Source: Gemmatimonadales bacterium (GTDB lineage Bacteria; Gemmatimonadota; Gemmatimonadetes; Gemmatimonadales; GWC2-71-9). From it: 37,269 nt of DNA. The position numbers and the translations under genes were made by a program. Below are positions 26,976-37,227 of the stretch, in pieces (the stretch's first letter is position 1; each line of letters opens with the position of its first letter). Below the pieces are notes generated by a model, which worked only from the letters and a program-made list of their open reading frames with translations, had not been told where the DNA came from and searched no databases. Where the stretch lies: positions 1-37,269 of the forward strand of contig JBFJCP010000037.1 of assembly GCA_041615815.1 (NCBI GenBank), given 5' to 3'.

Positions 26976-27103
26976 GCGGAGAACGGCGGACTGGTGCAGT
27001 GAGGTATGTGGTGGAAGACGGCGGCAGTGGAGGCAGGAGCGGGAGGTGAGCGGGCGGTGCCCAGATTCTCGGTCGGCCGCCGCTGCCGCTTCGGCCGCCC
27101 CTG

Positions 27104-28363
27104 CTAATGCCCGCCGAACTCTGCTTGCATTTTGGCCGTGAGACGGGGGCTCACCATGGGGAACGTGCGGGCGAACACCCCGTAGGCGAGCAGGAACAGG
27201 CCGAGGAAGCCTACGGTGATGCCGATCTCGGCGAGTCCGAAGCCCGGTGCATGTTCGATCAGCGACGGCTGGACCAGCAGGAACCGCTCGAGCCACATCC
27301 CGGCAAGGCTGATGACGAAGAAGAGCACGAAGGTGGCTGGGGTGATTTTGGCCTTTACCCAGATTAGTCCCCAGAACGGGATGAAGAACACCATCATTCC
27401 GACGAGGACTGCCAGGGGACGCCAGTCGCCCCAGAGCCGCCAAAAAATAAAGGAGGTCTCTTCCGGAATGTTGCCGTACCAGATGACCAGCAGCTGGCTA
27501 TACATCAGGTAGGCCCAAAAGACCGAGAAGCCAAACACCAGTTTGCCCAAATCGTGAAACTGCTGCCGGCCGATCAGGTGAGCGGCTCCCAGCCGGCCGC
27601 GCCAAAACACCATCATCAAGCCCAGCATGGTGAGCCCGGTGAGGAACGCCCCCATGAAGAAAAAAGCGCCGAACAGCGTACTCACCCAATACGGAGCCAT
27701 CGACATGATGAGGTCGAACGCGATCAGGGTGAACGCGTACGCGTAGACGAAACACAGCAGCGGAGCGAGCCAGCTCAGGCGGCGCTCATTGCGGGTCTGA
27801 TCGTCGGGGTGCGTACCGTAATCACCGGCGATGCGATCGTACACGCGTTGGCGCCAGCCGGAGACGTGGTCGCGCAATTCCGCGACGTCAGGTTTGAGAT
27901 CGTGGTAGACGAACACGGCCGTGACGCCGAAGACCGCAAGCAGCGCAACGAGATCCCGCCAGAAGACCCAAGAGACCGTGAGCCACTGGCCGCGAGCGGG
28001 CGTGGGATGCTCGATCCACGGGAATAGGTGGTCGCGTCCGAGGAACAGCACGAGGAAGCAAACCAGAGCTACGGGAAGGAACGCCACCGCTGCCTCGGCG
28101 AATCGGACAATCGGACCCGACCAGTCGGCTTTGGCGATCTTTTGTGTCGCGGCGAAGATGATCGCGCCCTGGGCCACGCCCGTGAAGAACAAGAAGTTGA
28201 TGTGAAACGCGCGCCACGCCCGTCCGGGGTCGTCCCCCAAGAGCAGGACGACGAAGAGGATCAACCCAATGCCGGCCAAGAGCGCGCCTGCCACGACCAG
28301 ATTGCCGGCCGGTGCATTGGCGCCGCGCGCAAAGACCTCTCGGTCTACGGTGGCAGCCGTCAT
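27104..28363 (-). CDS. actF: Alternative complex III membrane subunit ActF
   Basis: ATG 28363 overlaps the actE stop; LFPW, DLIMSMAPYWVSTLFG, HDLGKLVFGFSVFWAYL, IWYGNIPEET. Confidence 0.88.
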   Translation of the reverse strand: MTAATVDREVFARGANAPAGNLVVAGALLAGIGLILFVVLLLGDDPGRAWRAFHINFLFFTGVAQGAIIFAATQKIAKADWSGPIVRFAEAAVAFLPVALVCFLVLFLGRDHLFPWIEHPTPARGQWLTVSWVFWRDLVALLAVFGVTAVFVYHDLKPDVAELRDHVSGWRQRVYDRIAGDYGTHPDDQTRNERRLSWLAPLLCFVYAYAFTLIAFDLIMSMAPYWVSTLFGAFFFMGAFLTGLTMLGLMMVFWRGRLGAAHLIGRQQFHDLGKLVFGFSVFWAYLMYSQLLVIWYGNIPEETSFIFWRLWGDWRPLAVLVGMMVFFIPFWGLIWVKAKITPATFVLFFVISLAGMWLERFLLVQPSLIEHAPGFGLAEIGITVGFLGLFLLAYGVFARTFPMVSPRLTAKMQAEFGGH

Positions 28364-28932
28364 CGCGATGACCCCTGGATTTGGCGCACGTAGTTCACCA
28401 CGTGCCACCGATCCTCACCGCGAATCCCTTCACCGTATGCGGGCATGATTCCTCGACCGTGCCGGATGATCGCATAGAGGTACCCGTCCGTGAGTGCTCG
28501 TGCCCGCGGGGTCAGGATAGAGGGCGTTACGACAAGCTTCGCGTTCACTGGCCCATCCCCCGCTCCCGCCGATCCGTGACAGGGTAGGCAAAAGATGTCG
28601 TAATACCGCTTACCGCTGTCGAGCGATTCCGCCGTCCGCTCGGTGGGATTCCGCATCCGGTCGATCGCCGGAAGGTTGGCCGGGAGCGGTGGCAGCGCCG
28701 GCTCCGTTCCGGTGATCGGGACGGCGCCTTCCACGGGCGGAAGCGGCATCTTGTACGGCTGGATCGCGATACCATAATGCATGACCGAGAACCATGGGAT
28801 CGCGGCAATGAGATCGTCCGGGCTCGGGAAGCGGTGCCACTGCTCCCGCGTGCACCCCGCGACTAGCAAGGCACCAGCCACGACCGTGAGGACCAGCCGG
28901 GTGCCCGATCGCCGCCCCGTGTTAGATCTCAA
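28360..28932 (-). CDS. actE: Alternative complex III monoheme cytochrome c lipoprotein ActE
   Basis: TTG 28932 with GAGGAGG RBS; lipobox LVAG-C; CLPCH; GRGIMPAY; DRWHVVNYVR. Confidence 0.85.
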   Translation of the reverse strand: MRSNTGRRSGTRLVLTVVAGALLVAGCTREQWHRFPSPDDLIAAIPWFSVMHYGIAIQPYKMPLPPVEGAVPITGTEPALPPLPANLPAIDRMRNPTERTAESLDSGKRYYDIFCLPCHGSAGAGDGPVNAKLVVTPSILTPRARALTDGYLYAIIRHGRGIMPAYGEGIRGEDRWHVVNYVRQIQGSSR

Positions 28933-29428
28933 CCCGCACCTCCTCAGCCCCAGCCGACCGGAGCACCTCCTCCACTGCCGGTCGGCGCTCCACGGGGCAT
29001 GGGACGAAGATGCCAATACGGTCGTCGGAGAACCGCGGATCGTAGGCTGCAGCACGACGGCTGCGCCAGGCGTGGAAGACCAGCCCGGCCACCGTCGCGA
29101 GGGCCCCAAACAGGATCGTCAGCTCGAAGCCGATCACCACGTAGGGGATGACAGAGCCAATGGGCTTGCCACCCACGATGATGGGATAGTCGTACGACAT
29201 CCATAGTGACATCGCGAAGCCACTCGTGACGCCGGTGAGGCCGCCCACGAGAGTCCACAAGCGCACCGGACTCACCTTGTGGCCGATGGCGGCGGCGATC
29301 TCGTGGTTGGGCACGGGGGTATACACGGTAAAGTCGCGGTACCCCAGTTCCTTCAGGGAGCGGATGGCATCCGCCGCCGCATCCACGTGCGGGTAGCACG
29401 CGAGGAGCCCGGCTGCAGGCGCCGTCAT
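28922..29428 (-). CDS. actD: Alternative complex III subunit ActD (DUF3341)
   Basis: ATG 29428 overlaps the actC stop; YTPVP, DYPIIVGGKP, FELTILF, YDPRFSDDR. Confidence 0.9.
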   Translation of the reverse strand: MTAPAAGLLACYPHVDAAADAIRSLKELGYRDFTVYTPVPNHEIAAAIGHKVSPVRLWTLVGGLTGVTSGFAMSLWMSYDYPIIVGGKPIGSVIPYVVIGFELTILFGALATVAGLVFHAWRSRRAAAYDPRFSDDRIGIFVPCPVERRPAVEEVLRSAGAEEVRVEI

Positions 29429-30777
29429 GGGTGGGCCGCCCGTTTCCGAGGCATCGGAATGATCTCCTTGACCTCGGCGATCGAGACCGTCGGGAAATTC
29501 TTGGCGAACAGCAGGAACCACATGAAGAACCAGCCAAAGCTCCCTGCCAGGATTGTCCACTCGACCCACGAGGGCGTGTAGTGGCCCCACGCAAACGGCT
29601 CGTACTCGTGGGACAAGGACACGACGATGATGACGAACCGCTCGAACCACATCCCGAGATTGATGAATAGGGAAAGCAGGAACAGCGCTGGGATGCTTTG
29701 CCGAATGTTCTTGAAGAACAGCAAGAACGGGAGGAACCCGTTACAAATGAGCATCGTCCAACTGGCCCACCAGTACTCCCCGAACGCGCGATTGTAGAAG
29801 GCCGCGCGCTCATGCGGATTCCCACTATACCAGGCGATGAAAAATTCGATGGCGTAGGCGTATCCGACGATCAACCCCGTCACGAGAATGAGCTTGGCGA
29901 GGTTTTCGAAATGCTCCACGGTCACGTAGCGCTCGAGATGAAACGCCTTTCGAAGTGGGACGAGGAGCGTGATGACCATCGCTAACCCGGAGTAGATCGC
30001 GCCGGCCACGAAGTAGGGGGCGAAGATCGTGGTGTGCCAGCCAGGGACGATCGACATGGCGAAGTCCCACGACACGACGCTATGCACCGAGAGCACCAGC
30101 GGCGTGGCGAGGGCCGCCAGGTACAGATACGCGCGCGTGAAATGTCGCCACTCTTGATCCGTGCCGCGCCATCCGAGTGCGGTGATGCGATACAGTTTTT
30201 TGCGCCAGCCCGTGGCAACGTCGCGAACGGAGGCGACATCGGGGATCAATCCCACGATGAGGAACGTCGTGCTCACGATGAGGTAGGTCGTGACGGCGAA
30301 CACGTCCCACAGCAGCGGTGACTTGAAGTTGACCCAAAGCTGCCGCTGGTTGGGATAGGGAATCAGCCAGTAGGCGTACCAAATTCGTCCCACGTGGATC
30401 AGCGGGAAGAGTCCCGCGGTCATCACCGCGAACACCGTCATCGCCTCAGCGGTCCGGTACACGGCGGTTCGCCACGCCGAGCGAAACAGGTACAGGATTG
30501 CCGAGATGAGGGTGCCGCAGTGCGCGATTCCCACCCAGAACACGAAGGTCGTGATGTAGACGCCCCAGAGCACCGGCGGCGTATAGCCGGCTACGCCCAT
30601 CCCAAAGCGGACCTGATAGAGCAACGCACCCATCCCCAACGCGAACACGACAACCGCCGTCCCAAGCAGGACGTAGTAGGTCCTGGACGGACTGCCGAGC
30701 GTCGCGGTGACGTCGCGCGTGATTTCCGCGTACGTGGGCCTCACGAGCTGGGTATCGGGCTTCGCGGTCGTCGCCAT
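29425..30777 (-). CDS. actC: Alternative complex III NrfD-family quinol-binding subunit ActC
   Basis: FVFWVGIAHCGTLISAIL, AEAMT, HVGR, SPLLWDVFAV, LVLSVHSVVSWDFA, PGWHTTIFAPYFVAGAI, GMWFERF. Confidence 0.93.
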   Translation of the reverse strand: MATTAKPDTQLVRPTYAEITRDVTATLGSPSRTYYVLLGTAVVVFALGMGALLYQVRFGMGVAGYTPPVLWGVYITTFVFWVGIAHCGTLISAILYLFRSAWRTAVYRTAEAMTVFAVMTAGLFPLIHVGRIWYAYWLIPYPNQRQLWVNFKSPLLWDVFAVTTYLIVSTTFLIVGLIPDVASVRDVATGWRKKLYRITALGWRGTDQEWRHFTRAYLYLAALATPLVLSVHSVVSWDFAMSIVPGWHTTIFAPYFVAGAIYSGLAMVITLLVPLRKAFHLERYVTVEHFENLAKLILVTGLIVGYAYAIEFFIAWYSGNPHERAAFYNRAFGEYWWASWTMLICNGFLPFLLFFKNIRQSIPALFLLSLFINLGMWFERFVIIVVSLSHEYEPFAWGHYTPSWVEWTILAGSFGWFFMWFLLFAKNFPTVSIAEVKEIIPMPRKRAAHP

Positions 30778-30781
30778 CGAG

Positions 30782-33700
30782 TTAGGCCTCGGTCACGTTC
30801 CGCACTCGTTTCAGATACGTCACGGCGGGTCGAGTGTTGAGCTCTTCGAGTACGCGATAGTGCCGCTCGTCTTCCAGGAGATCGTGCACACTCCAATTCG
30901 CGCCGTTGCGATCACCGAACACGATGGCATCCGCCGGACACGTCTGCTGGCAGGCCATCTGAATGTCACCTTCTCGAATGGTGGTCTGCCCCAGCTTGGC
31001 CTGATGCTGGCCGTCTCGAATGCGTTGTACGCAGAACGTGCATTTCTCCATCACGCCCTTGGCGCGCACGGTGACGTCCGGGTTGAGCTGCCAGTGCAAC
31101 GGATCGGGGAACGCGAACGCGGGATCTCCTTCCGCTTGGTGATCGAACCAGTTGAAGTACCGGACCTTGTAGGGACAGTTGTTCGAGCAGTATCTAGTCC
31201 CCACACATCGGTTGTAGATCTGACCGTTCAGCCCGTCGAACGTGTGATAGGCCGCGAACACCGGACAGACCGGCTCACAAGGGGCATTGCCGCACTGCTG
31301 GCACAACATCGGGAGGAAGCGCGCTTCGAGTGGCTCTCCGCCCTCACCGCCTTCGTAGTACCGCTCGATGCGCATCCACGACATTTCGCGGCCACGACGC
31401 ACGAGCTCGATCCCCACCGTGGGAATGTTGTTCTCGGCATAGCACGCCGTAACACACGCGCTGCAGCCGGTGCACTTGGACAGATCGATGGCCATCCCCC
31501 AGCGGGGGCGCCGTCCGCCCTCCGTTCCCGTGTAGGGGATGGCGTAATTGCCGCGCTCCGTCTCCCGATACTGCGCCTCTTGCCACTCCTCGAGCACCTG
31601 CTCGATGTGCTCGGGAACCGGGGCGGCGTGGGCTCCGTGCGCTTCGTCATGCTCATCGGCAGATTGGAGCGCCGTCAGCGTGACGGCTTGCGCGAGCCCG
31701 CGACCCATCTGCCGACTACTCCCCTCGGTCGTCGCGAGCCGTTCGTGGACGCCGGTCTTGCGCAACGTCACCGATGCGTAGTGCGCCACCCCACCAAAAA
31801 GGGTCGCGTCCGCTCCCAGCAGAGCGTAGGCATTGGCTCCCCGTCCCTGGGCGTACCGCCCGAACGCGGTGTGGCCCTGCCCAAGAGGGATGGCCGCCAC
31901 GCCGGGTCGAATGCCTGGATAGAGATACGCAGGCACCGTCACGCTACCGGCCGGACTCGTCACCTCGACGTGATCGCCCTGCGCGATGTCCAGTTCCGCC
32001 GCCGTGTCCGGATGCAGCTCGACCCAACTACTCCACGTCACTTTGCTGACCGGATCTGGGAGCTCCTGAAGCCACGGTCGGTTCGCGCCACGGCCGTCGA
32101 AGAAGACCGGCGACGGGTACGCAATGAGCGGAACGTGACCGTCGTCTGCCGACCAGGAGGCCACTCGCAGTCGCGAGACCGTGGGGACGAGGCGGACCGG
32201 TGGTTCGCGGCCACCTTCCGTGGTGATCCCGCCCCGTTGTAGCGCCTCAGCCCAAAAAGTCTCGAACGGACGGCGATCGCCGAGTCGACGCTGCAGGGCC
32301 TGCCAGGCCTGGCGGAGATACTCCCGATACGTCGTGGCCGGAAACCGCGCCGCGACCGGACCACCGACCTGAACGGCGATTTGCAGCAGCGCATCGCCCG
32401 TCTGCCGCGTATCGAAGACTGGCTGCATCACCGGTTGGAGCAACGAGCGCACCCCTACTCGCGGCTCGTAGTCGTTCCACTGCTCCAGAGGATCGTGGTC
32501 GGGGAGAATGAGATCGGCCAGCTGGGCGGTCTCGTCGAGAAACCGCGAGAAGCTGACTTTGAAGCCAACACTCTCCATGGCCTCCGCAAACCCGAGACTC
32601 GCCGGGGCTGCATAGACCGGGTTAGCGCCGTGGACCAACAACACCTCCACTTGTCCACCGCGCATCGCGTCTGCCACGGTGCGCAGATCGGAGTACGTGG
32701 AGCCGCCAGTGGGGTTCAGGGAGGTGCCAAACTGCACCGTCCGCCCAATATTCCCCGCCACGTAGTTGAGCACGTTCACAGCCGCCGCGGTCGCATGGGC
32801 TTGCGGGTGCTGCGCCCCGACCCCACCCGCCACCGCCACACTCGACTCGGCGGCGAATTCCCGGGCAAGCCGCTCGATGGTCTCAGGCGGCACCCCGCAC
32901 CGCTCCTCCACTGCGGCCGGCGCGTGCGCATCCAGCGTGGGCTGGACGCGTCGAATGTCACCCGGCACCACGGCGAGCCCATCGCGCACGATGACGTGCG
33001 CGATAGCCAACGCCACCAAGGCCTCGGTTCCCGGCACCGGGGCGATCCACTCATCCGCGCTCATCCCCGTCATGCTCATACGGGGTTCCACGTGTACGTA
33101 TCGCCCCATGCCACCGTCACGGTACGCATGGCCCGCCGCAAACCCGCGGGCGTGCTCCACCGGACTCAGCCAAGTCTCCAAGAAATCGGCGCCGAAGGAC
33201 AAGACGTACCGAGCGGCGCCGAAGTCGACGTGCGGGATGTCGTCGATGCCGAACACTTCGCGATTCGCATATCGGAGTGCTTCGTACCCAAACGGCTCAT
33301 ACACGACGTGGCGCGACGACCCGAGCGACGCCAGCCATTCCCCCACCAGCCGACCGAACGTCCCGGCCTCGTTGCCCGTGATGAACCACGCCCGATCACC
33401 ACCCACGCTGCCTACCCGCTGCGCCACCTGAGCAATCGCGTCATCCCACGGGATCGGGGCAAACTGTCCGTCGGCACCGCGGGCCATCGGTCCTCGGATC
33501 CGGTCCGGGTTATAGAGCCCCTGCAGGGCCGCTTGCCCCCGGGCGCACAATCGGCCCCGATTCACCGGATGATCGGGATTGCCCTCCAGCTTGACCGCGC
33601 GGCCCTCACGCACGCGCACGTGGACGCCACATCCCGCGGGACACTCACGGCAGGTCGACGCATACCAGGTTGCGATCCCAGGAATCTGGTCGTCCGGGGG

Positions 33701-33820
33701 GACGAGGTATGGGATCAGCTTCTCGGCTCGATCGGTGGAGCAGGCGGTGAGGGCAGCGGCACCGCCGCTGGTCGTGCCCAAGACCTTCAGAAAACGTCGA
33801 CGATTCATGTGATCGGTCAT
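30782..33820 (-). CDS. actB: Alternative complex III subunit ActB (molybdopterin-oxidoreductase-like domain fused to an Fe-S domain)
   Basis: Tat motif [25 protein letters not shown]; Fe-S motifs [41 protein letters not shown]...CQQTCP. Confidence 0.92.
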   Translation of the reverse strand: MTDHMNRRRFLKVLGTTSGGAAALTACSTDRAEKLIPYLVPPDDQIPGIATWYASTCRECPAGCGVHVRVREGRAVKLEGNPDHPVNRGRLCARGQAALQGLYNPDRIRGPMARGADGQFAPIPWDDAIAQVAQRVGSVGGDRAWFITGNEAGTFGRLVGEWLASLGSSRHVVYEPFGYEALRYANREVFGIDDIPHVDFGAARYVLSFGADFLETWLSPVEHARGFAAGHAYRDGGMGRYVHVEPRMSMTGMSADEWIAPVPGTEALVALAIAHVIVRDGLAVVPGDIRRVQPTLDAHAPAAVEERCGVPPETIERLAREFAAESSVAVAGGVGAQHPQAHATAAAVNVLNYVAGNIGRTVQFGTSLNPTGGSTYSDLRTVADAMRGGQVEVLLVHGANPVYAAPASLGFAEAMESVGFKVSFSRFLDETAQLADLILPDHDPLEQWNDYEPRVGVRSLLQPVMQPVFDTRQTGDALLQIAVQVGGPVAARFPATTYREYLRQAWQALQRRLGDRRPFETFWAEALQRGGITTEGGREPPVRLVPTVSRLRVASWSADDGHVPLIAYPSPVFFDGRGANRPWLQELPDPVSKVTWSSWVELHPDTAAELDIAQGDHVEVTSPAGSVTVPAYLYPGIRPGVAAIPLGQGHTAFGRYAQGRGANAYALLGADATLFGGVAHYASVTLRKTGVHERLATTEGSSRQMGRGLAQAVTLTALQSADEHDEAHGAHAAPVPEHIEQVLEEWQEAQYRETERGNYAIPYTGTEGGRRPRWGMAIDLSKCTGCSACVTACYAENNIPTVGIELVRRGREMSWMRIERYYEGGEGGEPLEARFLPMLCQQCGNAPCEPVCPVFAAYHTFDGLNGQIYNRCVGTRYCSNNCPYKVRYFNWFDHQAEGDPAFAFPDPLHWQLNPDVTVRAKGVMEKCTFCVQRIRDGQHQAKLGQTTIREGDIQMACQQTCPADAIVFGDRNGANWSVHDLLEDERHYRVLEELNTRPAVTYLKRVRNVTEA

Positions 33821-33952
33821 GTGACGTTGTCTCTCCCGTCACCTCGAGCCATGACCCTCACGCCCACCCCACCGGTCTCACCCACCTGTGTACCGGCGGA
33901 TTGGCCGGACAGGCGGGAGCGGAATAGGCGTCCGTGCGGAGCCTCGATAACC

Positions 33953-34519
33953 CTAGTAATGACACGCCGTGCAATCCGTCGTGACGCCCTGCTGCTCGTG
34001 ACAAGTGAGGCACCACCCCATCTTGAGGGATGCATACTGGTAGACCTGCGGCATCCGCTCCACCTGACCGTGGCACGTGACGCACTCGAGGCCGGCGACA
34101 ATATGCCGCTGATGGGGGAAGTGCACGAAGGGAGGCAGATAGTGCACTTCCTCCCACTCCACGGCCGTGTTGTCCGTGAAATGCGTCCGAAGCTTGTCGA
34201 CCTCAGGGTTGCCCGTTCCCACGATCAGATGACACCCCCGACAGCTCGCCATCGAGGGAATGCCGGGCTTGGGACTCAGCTCCAAATGCACATGACAATA
34301 CTGACAGTCCAGCTGGTATTGACCCGCGTGAATGTCGTGACGGAAGAAAATGGGTTGCTTTGGCCCAGGGAGGCCGGCAGTGTCGACATCCACGGGCGCC
34401 TCGAAGGCCGCTGTCGCCGTCTGTTGCTGGGCGTCCTGCGCGCGTCCGAACGGGACGACGGCTGCGGCAATCGCAGCGGTTGTGAGCACCAACGCCACCA
34501 GGACGAGCCGTGATCTCAT
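33953..34519 (-). CDS. actA: Alternative complex III pentaheme cytochrome c ActA
   Basis: Five CxxCH motifs (CQYCH, CRGCH, CVTCH, CLTCH, CTACH); QPIFFRHDIHAG; FVHFPHQRH; LKMGWC. Confidence 0.92.
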   Translation of the reverse strand: MRSRLVLVALVLTTAAIAAAVVPFGRAQDAQQQTATAAFEAPVDVDTAGLPGPKQPIFFRHDIHAGQYQLDCQYCHVHLELSPKPGIPSMASCRGCHLIVGTGNPEVDKLRTHFTDNTAVEWEEVHYLPPFVHFPHQRHIVAGLECVTCHGQVERMPQVYQYASLKMGWCLTCHEQQGVTTDCTACHY

Positions 34520-34704
34520 GCCTGACCTTTGCCGCGCATGTGTGCTATTCCTCCTGCCAGCGGCGGCCGCCCAGAGGGGCGGGCGCAGACTACAGACTGC
34601 TCATACCGTCGTCGTGAATCGGCCGCAGAGAGGTGCCGTTGGGTGAATGCCGGAGTTGCGACCGCTGGGTAAGATAGTCGATGGCGCGACGAGCACAACC
34701 GGAC

Positions 34705-34822
34705 AAAAATAGGGAGCGAGGAGCGGGGAGTGGCGAGCCGTAAGGCGAACTGCGCCCATGAGTTTGGGCGTGACTCACCTCGACGGTGCCCTCCCGCTGC
34801 CAGCACCCCGCTCCCCGCCCTC
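34705..34822 (-). repeat. Imperfect inverted heptamer arrays with a downstream T-tract (possible terminator after the OSBS-like gene)
   Basis: gggagcgaggagcggggag (34712-34730) against ccccgctccccgccctc (34806-34822); TATTTTT follows on the minus strand. Confidence 0.5.
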
Positions 34823-35977
34823 GCTGTCGTACAGGAGGGTCGCCTCATCCCCCAACACGACCGCCGGCGGCCCTTCCGGCACCGTCATTGTGCCGTCACG
34901 ATCCATCTGCAATTCCACTAGGTCCGCGCCCGGACCATACCAGCGCTCGCTCGGCTCCAAGTCCGACGGGTAGACGAACCCCCCGTGTCCCGCGAGCGCG
35001 AGCATCGCCTGCGCACCGAGCCCCGTCTCCGGCATTGTGCCGGCCCACAGCCGGATCCCCCCCTCCGCCGCGCGCGCATAGATCCGGCAGGCAGACTCCA
35101 GACCGCCGACCCGCTGAATCTTGAGGTTCCACACGGTTGGCCCTCCCATGGCCAGCATCTGACGAGCCACCAGCTCCGATGTCAACGACTCGTCCAGGCA
35201 GACCGGGGTGTGGAGCGTCTGCGCGAGCGTTCGCGAATCCCAAAGGGCATCGCGCGCCAGCGGCTGCTCGATATAGAGCAAACCGCAACCGTCGAGACGC
35301 TGAAGCGTCCGCCGATCTCGCACCAGGTCATACGCGCCATTGGCGTCGACCGTGAGTGGCACCCCGCTCGGGACATCCCGTAACACGGCCTGCGCACGCA
35401 TGACGGGCTCCAGATCCCACCCCGGCGCAACCTTCAACTTGATGCGTCGGTACCCACGATCCACCGCCACCGCCACGTCATCGGTCAGACGGCCGAGATC
35501 CCGGTCTTCGGGAATGCCAATCGCCACGCCACAGTCGATCCGCGATCGTCGCTGCCGCCATGCCGCGGGCACACCCAACTGTGTGACCCGACGCGTCACG
35601 AGATCCGCCAGCGAACACCCGGTACGGCGCGCCTCGAGGTCCCACCACGCCGTCTCGATCCCCGCCTTCGCCATTTCGTTCCCAACCACCGCGGCGTTCA
35701 AGCGTTCATCCAGCGCCGTGCTGGTCGGGAACTCCTGATCCAGGACAGCCGGCAGCAACCAATCCATCAGACAGGCCCGGGCGGACGCGACCGTTTCCGA
35801 CGAGTAGCATGGCGACTCGAAGGGCGCCGATTCACCGAACCCGCGGGCCCCATGGGCATTCTCCAGCTCGAGGATCAGGGATCGACGCGCGCGCATCACC
35901 CCGCCACTGATCCCAAACGGGACCGCGAGCGGGATAGCGACTTCGTAGAGGCGGGCCCGCACGATTGGGGAGGTCAC
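34775..35977 (-). CDS. o-succinylbenzoate synthase / N-acylamino acid racemase-like enolase-superfamily enzyme
   Basis: GTG 35977 overlaps the upstream TGA; YSSET, RIKLKV (KxK), VDAN, IEQP, LDES, NLK, MPETG, YPSD. Confidence 0.85.
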   Translation of the reverse strand: MTSPIVRARLYEVAIPLAVPFGISGGVMRARRSLILELENAHGARGFGESAPFESPCYSSETVASARACLMDWLLPAVLDQEFPTSTALDERLNAAVVGNEMAKAGIETAWWDLEARRTGCSLADLVTRRVTQLGVPAAWRQRRSRIDCGVAIGIPEDRDLGRLTDDVAVAVDRGYRRIKLKVAPGWDLEPVMRAQAVLRDVPSGVPLTVDANGAYDLVRDRRTLQRLDGCGLLYIEQPLARDALWDSRTLAQTLHTPVCLDESLTSELVARQMLAMGGPTVWNLKIQRVGGLESACRIYARAAEGGIRLWAGTMPETGLGAQAMLALAGHGGFVYPSDLEPSERWYGPGADLVELQMDRDGTMTVPEGPPAVVLGDEATLLYDSEGGERGAGSGRAPSR

Positions 35978-37227
35978 GGCGCCGATGCACCACCCTGCCC
36001 GCCGCCCTGCCGAGGGGTGAACGCTGCACGCCCAACGATGTCGAGGAAACGAAGCTGTCCCTCCCGCTCGTCCAGCCACCCCGCCTCATGCAGGTGGCGC
36101 AGCCAGATGACGATTCCCTCGGTGGGATGGAGCATGAGGGTATGCAACGCTCGGCTGCTGCGGCTGCCACCAGAGGCTGTGTACTGTGAGAGCGGGAGCT
36201 GAAAGAACGTGTGCACCTGGCCGCTCTCACAGCCCCGCAGCGCGTACTCCACCATGACGCGACCGGTACAGATGTTTCCCGTCGCGCACAACGGCGGAAG
36301 CACCACACCCTCCCGGCGAAGGGCGTCGAGCACCCGGAGGTTGCGGTCGCTCAGCTCCCACCCGCCGAACGCCACCTCCGCCGCGGGGTCGAACAGGCGA
36401 TTGAACACCACGAGGAAGTCCGGTGCGGGGGCCGCTCGGGTGACGAGGGTGCGCACCATCTCCACCTGGAAGGCGTCCCCGAACAGCGCGTTCATGACCT
36501 TGACCCCGAGACGAACGGGCTCGCGTCCGACCTGCGCGATGAGTCTCGGCACCTGCTCGAGCCATCGCAGAATCTGTGCTCGGCTTCGTGCGCGATCATC
36601 GCCGGCGAGCGTGGGACTGAAGTCTTTTTCGAGCACCATCGGACCGCCACATCCGGCTCGGGACCAGACGTCGAGGAGCTTGCTTGTCGTGTGTCGATAC
36701 TCGGCGACCCGGAACGGGGCGTCGCCGGCCGGCAGATGGTACTTCACCGACGGGACAACGGGGATGTCCGCATCCCGTGCCGCGTCCAAGGCCTCCTCAA
36801 AGAACTGCAGGTACTGATCCAGGTTCCCGTGCCAGCCGCGTCCTTTCCACGTCACCGTCCACCCCGACCTTCCGTCTGGGGCCGCCCGTTGCTCGACGCG
36901 CATGCGGGTTTCTGGGAGCGCCCAAGCCCCCATGGTGCGGTCCCCATCTTCCGACTCCGCAATCACCGTCTTGAGCACGATGAACGCCATACCACTGGCC
37001 ACGTCGGTCTCGATCTGCGGCACGGTGCACGAGAGTTGTCCTGAGGCCTTTCCCAATGGATGCGTGAGGGCAATGCCCGCGTACCGCGCAGCGAGATCGA
37101 CACGCAACTCTGCGCGGATCACATCAGCCAGGTCACGAGGAGGATTGGACCGTGTGCGTTCCACCAGGCGGATGAGCCTCTTGCGCCAAGGCGCTGAGAC
37201 GTGTGGCTGGCTGGGAAGGACGATCAT
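35974..37227 (-). CDS. Dihydroorotate-dehydrogenase-like FMN TIM-barrel protein of unknown function
   Basis: LTHPLGKASGQLS, FIVLKT, FSPT, VKV, VFNR, GG...LS, ATGNICTG, GCESGQ follow the DHODH motif order but are divergent. Confidence 0.6.
   Translation of the reverse strand: MIVLPSQPHVSAPWRKRLIRLVERTRSNPPRDLADVIRAELRVDLAARYAGIALTHPLGKASGQLSCTVPQIETDVASGMAFIVLKTVIAESEDGDRTMGAWALPETRMRVEQRAAPDGRSGWTVTWKGRGWHGNLDQYLQFFEEALDAARDADIPVVPSVKYHLPAGDAPFRVAEYRHTTSKLLDVWSRAGCGGPMVLEKDFSPTLAGDDRARSRAQILRWLEQVPRLIAQVGREPVRLGVKVMNALFGDAFQVEMVRTLVTRAAPAPDFLVVFNRLFDPAAEVAFGGWELSDRNLRVLDALRREGVVLPPLCATGNICTGRVMVEYALRGCESGQVHTFFQLPLSQYTASGGSRSSRALHTLMLHPTEGIVIWLRHLHEAGWLDEREGQLRFLDIVGRAAFTPRQGGGQGGASAP

Noticed and set aside
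30707..34513. 511-aa and 710-aa plus-strand ORFs
   Set aside because: Antisense shadows of actB and actA.
34540..34775. Moco or other riboswitch upstream of actA
   Set aside because: No conserved riboswitch elements recognisable by eye; an Rfam/Infernal scan would settle it.
34775..35977. Gene symbol menC
   Set aside because: The family is promiscuous (OSBS/NAAAR), no men genes are adjacent and one motif deviates.
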